Notes under the pieces: model-generated
Told to the model about the DNA's origin: nothing
Seen by the model: the letters and a program-made list of their open reading frames with translations, nothing else
The model's database searches: none
Assembly: GCA_965112155.1 (NCBI GenBank)
Contig: OZ218110.1
Length of the DNA: 64,000 bases
Strand: one strand, 5' to 3'
Source: Podarcis liolepis
Taxonomy: Eukaryota
Position numbers and translations under genes: made by a program
Part shown: in pieces, positions 55,601 to 64,000 of the stretch
Layout of the letters: each line of letters starts with the position of its first letter
Position numbering within the stretch: position 1 is the stretch's first letter

Positions 55601-58600
55601 ATACCCCTTGGGAGGTATCTTTCCTTGACACTTCTTTTTAAGTTCCTTCCTCTTTTCTGCCCCGGCAGCAGGCACGGCTAGGAGAGCGTCCGCCTGTCCA
55701 GCGGGAGGCTCCCGTCTCGGAGCAGGAATGGGAGCAGCACTTGGACCCAGATGGGCGTGTGAGGGACCCCGTTGCCTTGCGCAGAAGGATCTTCGCTGGG
55801 GTGAGGCCTGTGGGGAGGAGAGGGCGAGAGGCCCTTGGTTGCAGGGGGAATTGGGGGTCTGTGCAGAAGCGTGAGTGGCTGCCTGTCAGGCCAGGGATAT
55901 ATGCAGCGTGTGGCCGTGTTGGTTTCCTTCGCAACATCTTTGTGTCGTTCTTTGACACTTGGCCTAATTCACCTTCTCTCCCTCCCCCTCCCCCCCGGTG
56001 CTCCTCTTCCAGGGTCTCAACATGTCATCACGCAAAGAAGCCTGGAAATGCCTTTTGGGCTATTACTCATGGGACAACACCAGTGAAGAGAACAAGGCAC
56101 AAGTGAGGCGGAAAACGTAAGTCTGGGTCAGGGTTATGGGGAAGCCAAAGGAGTACTGGCACTGGTGTTTGGAAGGAGGTGATCAGTCTGTGGGTCAGCA
56201 TTTAAGCTTCTGAACTCTCTTAACAACTTCCTTCCCACGTGTGTCCACAGGGATGAGTACTTCCGCATGAAACTACAGTGGAAGTCGGTCAGCGAGGAAC
56301 AGGAACAGCGGAACTCCTTGCTGCGTGGCTACCGCAGCCTGATTGGTCAGTATAAGTTCTGGCTCTTGTTCCTCATTTGTTAGGAGTTCAACACCCCTCT
56401 TTGTCACAAGAGATATTCTTGCTTCATTTTTGTTTTCCGTCCTCTTTCCCCTGCCTGACAGCACAGCCTTGTGCGCACACAGCAAGAGGTTGGCGACCAT
56501 AAAAACACTCTGTGGTACCAAGGGGGCCATATGCAAGAGACCTGCTGGATCAGTCCAAAGGACTACCTAGTTTTTTGTCACCCTGTTTCCAGCAGTGGCT
56601 GGCCAGATAGATGCGTTAAGAGAGCCCACAAGCAGGAAGCGAAGGCAAGAGGGGGATATACTGCTTCTGAGGATGAATGTTCTCTTTAGCAGTTGTGGCT
56701 ATTAGCTGATAAATGAGAGCATTAAAACCCGTGCTCTATGAATCTATCTTCCTTTCAATGCCATCTAAGCCAGCAGCCAGCACCACATCTTGTGGCAGTA
56801 AAATTCATGGATGAATTATGCATTGTGTGAAGAGCCATTTTCTTTTATCCATCCTGCATCGACTGCCAATCAATTTAAGTGACATTCGCATTCCAGGATT
56901 GTGGGAGGAGGGGGAGAATCTCGCTCTTTCTCTCTCTCCCCCCCCAGAATTCATAACGCTATAAACTTCTGTTTTGCCCCAATCATCTTTTTCTAAACTA
57001 AATGATCCAAACACTTTTGCCTCATCTCTGAGAGGAGGTACTTCAGCTCCTTTATTTTTTGGCAGCTTGGCTTTTTCCACCTTTTCCTTCTCTAAAATAG
57101 ATCTTTTCAAAGGACGGGACTAGCAATGGAGGCTGGTCCTTTAGGGCAAATGGAGCACTGCCCTGCCAAACTCATTCTGCCCTTAGCTAGCACCCTGGAT
57201 GGGGACAAAACTAGAATGGGCAAAGATCGTAGCACAATAGTCAGAGCCTCTGTTTTGCATGCAGAAGGTCCCAGGTTCAATCCCCAGTGTCTCCAGATGG
57301 GTCTGGAAGAGAATTTGGTCTGAAGCCACGGAGGGCTGCTGCTAGTCACTGTAGGTAGCTGCACCCGTGGACTGACCCTGCATAAAGCACCTTCCTGTGT
57401 TCCCAAAATTAGTTGGCTCTCATTGGCTCTGATTCCACCTGCTGTTGGTCTCCCCGCCTTCTGCCCCATGAAGCATCAGCCACCACATTGGGGTGGGGCC
57501 AGGCCTAGCAGAATTGCACATAGTTTTCCAAATGTGACCATTCCATAGACTTCCATAAAGGTGTTAGGACAGCCAAGCTGTCTTACTTTCAAAACATGGG
57601 ATAAGTGTGAACCCCCCCCCCCTTTAAGGGGAAGTACCATGACTTTACCTTGGAGCTTTCTGCATAAAAAGCCTTTGCTCTGCCACTGAGCTGGGGGCCC
57701 CTGGAGCTTTTCCTGGGGTTGTGCTTCTTCAGCTCCTCTCAGCTGTGTGTTGCTACTTTCTCTTGCTCATTTGCCTCGTTACTGTCCTGTATTCATCATC
57801 GCTTTGAGTGGCCTTTGGCAGAAAGGCAATAAACGAGTTTTATGGATAATTCGTGGGGGGTGTCTGTCTGCCTTTGCAGAAAGAGACGTGAGCCGCACGG
57901 ATAGGAACAACAAATTCTATGAAGGCAGCGAGAACCCTGGCCTAGTGCTCCTAAATGACGTGCTGATGACGTACTGCATGTACAACTTTGACCTGGGTGA
58001 GTCTGGAGGTGGGGAGGGGACGCCAGCAGTGTGCCATTGTAGAACCAGCTTAGGTTTGGGAGTCTTTGGCTAGCTTGGCCTAGGAGGGCCCCTTAACTAC
58101 CGTGGGGGAGGGGGAGAGTTGGAATCCAAAATCTCTGGAGGGTAGTAGCACAGGGAAGACTGTTGCAGCCTTTTGCTAGCTTGGAGGTGGTCTGTACCAT
58201 CTCTGATCTGGTCATGCTAAGTGGCAGCAGAATGCATTCCAGAATCTCCCATGGTGTCCCAAGGGGCTTGTACTGTTTCAGATGCTGTTACGCTCCCTTC
58301 TACCCCTCACTAGTCAAATCCAGAGATTTTGGACCACGACTCCCATCAGTCCCAGCTGGCGCTGCCATGCTATGCTGATGGAAGTTGTAGTCCATAGCAT
58401 CTGTAGCTCACCAGATTGGGGGAGGCTAGTCTGCAGTAAGAGAGCCTTTTGTGTATGATTCCCTTAATGGTATAGGCTACCCCAGCAGTTGCCTGTTCTT
58501 GATGATCTTGGGCCCAAGTACTGCTGTGTGTATTCTGTGCTAAAATAAACCCATCACCTGTTTTCAAGCTTCACACAGCCACGTGGACTAGAAACTTGAC

Positions 58601-61600
58601 TCTAGTATTCATTTCTCCCCATGAAAATGAAAACTGAAATACTTGGGATACTGAATTCCATGCTGAGAAGTATGCACAATGCAGACAGCCCTGCAGACTT
58701 CTCCGGCTAGCCTTTTATGGGTCCTCTTAACACTCTGAACCCTCACCAGTCCTGTAATTGTATCTCTCATCCCGTGATTCTGCAACACCCTAGTAGAAAG
58801 AGAAAATAACTTGGTGGGCCTGCAGCTTCAGTTGTAAAACCCAGTGGCTTCATGTCTTTTGCTTCCTTGCACAGGCTATGTCCAAGGCATGAGTGACCTC
58901 CTGTCCCCCATTCTCTACGTCACCCAGAACGAAGTGGACGCCTTCTGGTGTTTCTGTGGTTTTATGGAGCTGGTGGTGAGTACATGGCCTGGAGAGCTCA
59001 GAAAGGGCCTTGCAGCTGTTCCAAATGTCACCTTCTTTCCATAAACTTGTGTACGTACTCTCACTTTCTGCCCACAGCACCGCAATTTTGAAGAAAGCCA
59101 GGAGTCCATGAAGCGACAGCTGTCTCAGCTCAATTTGCTCCTCAGGGTGCTGGACCCCCCACTCTGTGACTTCCTAGGTACTTGTGCACCTAGTTCTGGG
59201 ACTGCTGAAAGCTGGGTGGTTTAAACATATGTTGTCTGGAAAGGACAGGTCTCCTATTTGTGGGTGCTTGTTTTTAATAATGAAATATAGTAGGTGAATT
59301 TGGGGCTCCTAATTATTCAGGTCCACAAACTGAGCTCTTGGCTACAAAATCACCACTTTCTTTGCTTTTTATTTTTCTTCACTTCCCCAGCTTTGTATAA
59401 CATCTTCCCTGATGAAGAGTTCTGGATAATTCAAAAGCTTGCCACAGTTGTGTGTCATTTTGACTGGTTTCAATAAAAGGGTGTAGGGGTTCAATTAATT
59501 ATTTTGGGGCTCTTTTATTTAGTCTCTGGCTAATTCCTTCAAAAGCTTAAAGGAAGCAAAGACTGAAGCAAGTGAGGCATTTCTTAATCTTTGGAAGTCT
59601 TGATTGGATAAAACAATCTGTTACTGAGCTCCTCCTGCCCTTCTTGGCTACTTCTTTCAGACTCTAAGGAATCTGGCACCTTCTGCTTCTGCTTCCGATG
59701 GATCTTGATCTGGTTCAAGAGGGAATTTGCCTTCTCTGAAATTCTTCAGCTATGGGAGGTGAGACTGAATTAAGAGAAATGGGTTTGTTTTTGTTGGTTT
59801 TGTGTGGGGAGAGGATCTCTGGCTGGGGAAAACATAAGTTACATTGTCATGATGGGATTTCAGCATTGGAAAGGCAGGAAAAATGGGAACAGGAGAGAGA
59901 ATAAACAGACTTCTGGTTTGCAGTGTTGGGGTTTGAAAGTAGAGAAGGCAGCAGGGAGGGATGTTTTCTGAAGAACACAGCCTCAGCCAGTTTGGCTAAT
60001 GGCAAGAGATGATAGCTGTTGTCCAGTGGTTTTCAACCAGTGTGCCGTGGCACCTTGGGGTGCTGTGAATGACGGTCAGGGGTGCTGCAGGCAACACTGG
60101 CCTCTGTCCCTTTTTCCTTCCCTTCCTCCTCTGATGCCCTCTTGTGTCTCTACCTCCCAAAGGCTTGCACAGCTGTTTGTTGCAGTAGCCCTGGCTACAA
60201 GCTCCCCAGGTAAATGGTGCTTCTGGGGTTGGCCAGGGGGTGCTTCCCAGGTTCCTGTGGGGCAGTGAGGAGGCACCTCTCTTTGGGGCGGGGGCAGCTC
60301 AGAGACCAGGGACAGCAGCTGCGGCTGCCCTTAGGACTCCTAAGGAGAGGAGGCTGAGGCAGCACTCCACAATGGAGGGTGTTTGAAAAAAGGTGAAAGG
60401 CTGTCGGCTCTGCAGGCAGCGGGTGACATAATGGCACCTGAGCCCCACAGGGGTGCCGCAGAAAGAATGTAGTTGGTCAAAGGAGTCATGGGCTCAGAAA
60501 GGTTGAAAACCTCTTCTGTAGTCTGTCAACATCTGGAGGGCCACAGGTTCCCCCTTCCCAGTCATATACAGTTCCTAGGTGGTCTTCATCTATGTTCTGG
60601 CCAGGCCTGGATGTATTAAGCTTCAGCAAAGCATTCTAAGCCTTCCAGCCAAATGTTTCCACAATCCACTTGAGGGCTGCATCCTCATAGTGCTCCACAG
60701 GGATGCCAGCATCCTTCTTACTTTTCTTGACCACAATCCCCTAGCCGTTGGGCTATATATACAGGGAAAGGCCATAGCTCAGTGGTAGAACATCTGCTCT
60801 GCATACAGGAGGTCCCAGCTTCAATCTCCAGGTCAGACTAGGAGAGAATCCTGCCTGAAAGAGCTTCTGCCAGTCAGTGTAGACAGTACTGAGGTCAAAT
60901 GGTCTGTCTCAGTGTAAGGCAGCTTCTTGTGATCCTGTCTATAAGAGGCAACCCTTAGTTATCGCTGGGTAGGTTTACTTCTGTGGGCATGTTATCTTTC
61001 CATGAGCCCCTTGGTCTCCTCAGTCTATGGTTAGCTGAATAGAACAGCCTGGCACATCCTGTATCTGCACTTTGAGCATGGGGTGAAGTGCTCGTGGGGT
61101 GCAAGCTGAGAGGTACTCCTTGGCACACCCAAAATGTCACCTAGGATCTCTAGGAGGACCACCTGGACTGTGCGCTGCAGCCACTTGCCAGGGGTGAGCA
61201 CTATAGGTGCAGTTTCAGGCCTACAGGATATTGAGAACTTGGAAGGAATATTTGGTAGTGCCTGTGAGTTCCTTGTGTGTACCTGGACAGTCCAGATGGT
61301 AGAGCCCAGCTGTGTCATCCATGGGTTCCTTGGGAAAACCTTTGCCCTCTTCCTTCCCCTCAAACCCCAGAGATCACCTGGTAAACTGGATCAGATGGTT
61401 ATCCAGTAACTAGTTTTACCGCTGAAACTAGTAAATACAGCCTAAAACAAATCAGATGTCTTTAGCTGCAGAGCCTTGCTACAGCCATGAGGAATAGTTG
61501 CTTTGGTTTAGAGGTCTGGGTTATTTATAGCTCCTCCAGCTTTCAGTTTCTAACCACCTAGTTCTGAAAAAGGTTCCATGCCTCCCCTTTTGCCCCTGAT

Positions 61601-62967
61601 CAGAACAAGCCTAGTTATTTGAACCTTGTACTTAGGCTTAAAAAAAAAGTCACTAAGTATGCAAGGCTGTGTTCAGGAAACAAAAAAAGGAAAGCAAAAT
61701 GTTGTTTCTTAGTTAATTCCTGCCCTAGATGAAGCAGGCAGGTGCTGCAGCTTACTTGGTTGCAGGAGAGCCGTATCAGGGAGCAGACATAGAAATCTCA
61801 TTGTCCCTCTTTCTCTTTGACGGAGGAGTGCTGCGTGAGCATCTTGCTAAAGCTGGTTTACTCTAACCTGAGCTGTGTTCTTGTCTGGGGCTTAGTCCGA
61901 GGGCACAACATGACCTGGGAAGCCCAGGCTTCTAGCCAGCCAATACATATCAGGGATGACTTCCAGCTTCTGGGAGATGTCGCCCACCAGCAGCTACAAG
62001 CAGCACGTCCCATTAGAAATAGATTCACTCTGGCTAATGCAGAGCCAGACATTAGCAGAGGATTACACCCGGCAGGATGGTACAGAACACTCCTGACAAT
62101 GGGTTATGGTGCGCTTCCTCAATCCATGCCGTGTGTCTGTCCCCCTGATCCCAGGTGCTGTGGACGGGACTGCCTTGCCCCAATTTCCACCTGCTGGTGG
62201 CTTGTGGCATTCTGGATGCAGAGAGGCAGGCACTCATGAACTCTGGCTTTGGCTTCAATGAGATCCTGAAGGTGAGCACTGTGGAGCTTGGGGGCCTAAC
62301 TCTTGCCATACGTGGGCTTGTGTGGGCTTAGGACAGAGATGGGGGTGCTGTGGCCCTCCAGTAGCTGCTGGACTCCCACTCCCATCAGCACCAACCAGCA
62401 TGACCAATGGTCAGGGGCAGTGGGAGCTGTGGTTCAGCAACATCTGGATGACTGCAGGTTCCCCATACCTGCTCTAGTACATTAAGCCATGCAATATTCG
62501 TAGGTGGTTGTTTTTTCTTTAAAGAAGCAAAAGGTGATTTATGCGCTACACCTGCTTCTGAAAAGTATGGTCAGGGTTGCTCTGAAGGCTCAAAAGCCAA
62601 AACAACCAAGGGCCCCATTCATTCTCCCTCACTTCCTCCCCTCCTCGTGGCTCTTCGTTTTCTTGGGCCTGGCTCCATTCTGCCAGCTCCATTCTGCCTT
62701 TGCACCACACTGCAAAGTTCCTGCTGAACGCTTAGATAGCAGACGAGCCATAGTACGATCCATCTGTTTGGTTAAGGAGCAATGCTTATCTTTCCCCCCA
62801 CAGATCTCAGTCTTGAGCTTGGCCCTTTGCCTTTCTGTATACCTGGCTTTCCTCTGTAAGGCTTTCCCAGTCCACTTTCAGAGCACATTCCTGACTAATG
62901 CCGCTTGTATTTTTCCAGTTGTAGCATTATAACTGGAAGCTATTTTCAACCCTTTGCCACAACCTGC

Positions 62968-63003
<36 letters not shown>

Positions 63004-63181
63004 AAGTGCATTTCTTTGTGTGTTTCCCCCCTCCTCTTTGTTGTTCCCAGTTAGCCTTCTGAGTTTCTTGATTTCTGTGTCTGCATTTTCACAGCACATC
63101 AATGAGCTTACCATGAAGATGAGTGTGGAAGACATCTTATGCCGGGCCGAGGCGATCTACAGGCAGCTGGCAGCTACTCCA
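49682..63181 (+). CDS. TBC1D17: TBC1 domain family member 17 (Rab-GAP), 16 coding exons visible, 3' end beyond the window
   Basis: Exons 49682-49702 (MELGGCR), 50154-50252 (VAFEKDGVYLHTSAK...), 50815-50889, 52099-52210 (FDPGYEPDWAVISTV), 52408/52411-52624, 53140-53251, 54369-54533, 55669/55672-55800, 56013-56116, 56251-56345, 57880-57996 (arginine finger IERDVSRT), 58875-58975 (glutamine finger GYVQG), 59078-59177, 59661-59758, 62155-62271, 63095-63181. All GT-AG and in frame. Confidence 0.96.
53301..53590. mobile_element. hAT-type MITE; related copy at 55266-55463
   Basis: Perfect 17-bp TIRs CAGTGGTTCCCAATTAG / CTAATTGGGAACCACTG; imperfect 8-bp TSD TTCTAGTT/TTCTAGAG. Confidence 0.8.
53800..54185. 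mobile_element. Penelope-like fragment, same family as 46162-46350
   Basis: Shares TTCCAGTAG...GACCAACTAAGTTAGTT...GTGTGCATGCACACTTCTTCAGATAC with the 46162 element and continues further into the element. Confidence 0.65.
60024..60515. mobile_element. hAT-type non-autonomous element
   Basis: Termini CAGTGGTTTTCAACC ... GGTTGAAAACCTCTT; TSD CTGTTGTC/CTGTAGTC. Confidence 0.7.
62972..63000. repeat. (TC)n microsatellite
   Basis: Read directly from the sequence. Confidence 0.9.
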
Positions 63182-64000
63182 GTGAGTCTTGCGCTCCCCC
63201 CGCCCCCCAGTCCAGCATGAATGAAGACCTCTGTACCTTGGTATCCTCTGCGGAGGTGTGGAGCCTCTAAGCATTCCTTAATGCTGCACACCTTGGGCAA
63301 GCCAACAGTCCTCTATCCTTACCCTTGGCCACCTCATAGCAAAACGGATACATAAAATAATCATGATCTAGCTAGCAAGCTTCTGCGAGTGAACAAGGTA
63401 GCAAGCATCTCGCTTGCTCAGGGAGACACATTAAGCAAAATGGAAATGCAGCTGGTTCCCCTTGTGGCTTCAAAATATAGCACTACCAAGAGCAGATTTA
63501 AAGATAAGGGTTGCCAACCGGGAGGCCCCAAAACTCAGCACAGTAGGCCCTCCATGCTATGCATGTCATCTTTTCTTACAAACAAAAATGCTTGCTGCCT
63601 GGAGTGTTGCTGACCAGGGAGCCAGCCAGCCATACCCTTTCCCATGGTACTCCATTGCCACACACCCTGGTATCCCTCCCCTCCCCCTCCAGTAGTAAGT
63701 CAGTATTCTATGTCCGATGAACATTCTCAGTCCTTATGATGTTGTTTTTTGAGGGTTTTCCCTGTTTTTGGAGGAGACACAAAGAATGCTGTTTGCCACT
63801 GGAACATCGACTCTGGGAACTGGACCCCTATTAACTTTCCCCACTGTTATCTGCATGCTGGAAGCTTAAGCTGGGGTGCTGAAGACACTGCTCAGGGAAC
63901 ACACGCAGTTTGCCATTTCATACCATACGTAATCTACAGAATTCACTGCCCCTAGGATGAGGTGATGATACCCTACACAGTGGCTGGTGTAGAGTGGTTC

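Overview
Vertebrate (squamate, most likely lacertid lizard, judged from two near-complete Sauria-type SINEs and lizard-type MITEs) genomic DNA containing six intron-containing genes: the 5' end of GYS1 (-), complete PRMT1 (+, including the alternative NES-type exon 2), a complete POLR2L/RPB10 gene (-), a complete 239-aa tetraspanin of the TSPAN4/TSPAN9/CD53 group (+), complete AKT1S1/PRAS40 (-), and TBC1D17 (+, 16 coding exons visible, last exon beyond the window). They form three head-to-head pairs (GYS1/PRMT1, POLR2L/tetraspanin, AKT1S1/TBC1D17). GYS1, PRMT1, AKT1S1 and TBC1D17 are human 19q13.33 genes, whereas the head-to-head POLR2L-TSPAN4 pair is on human 11p15.5. The best candidate for something little described is therefore the POLR2L-like plus TSPAN4-like module here. 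The tetraspanin looks too diverged to be the TSPAN4 orthologue, so the pair may be a whole-genome-duplication paralogue module kept in lizards and lost in mammals. Introns hold SINEs, hAT and Tc1/mariner MITEs with target-site duplications, Penelope-like fragments, microsatellites and two assembly gaps. Exon boundaries were read by hand from GT/AG signals and reading-frame continuity. Comparisons with human proteins and synteny are from memory, not from a search.
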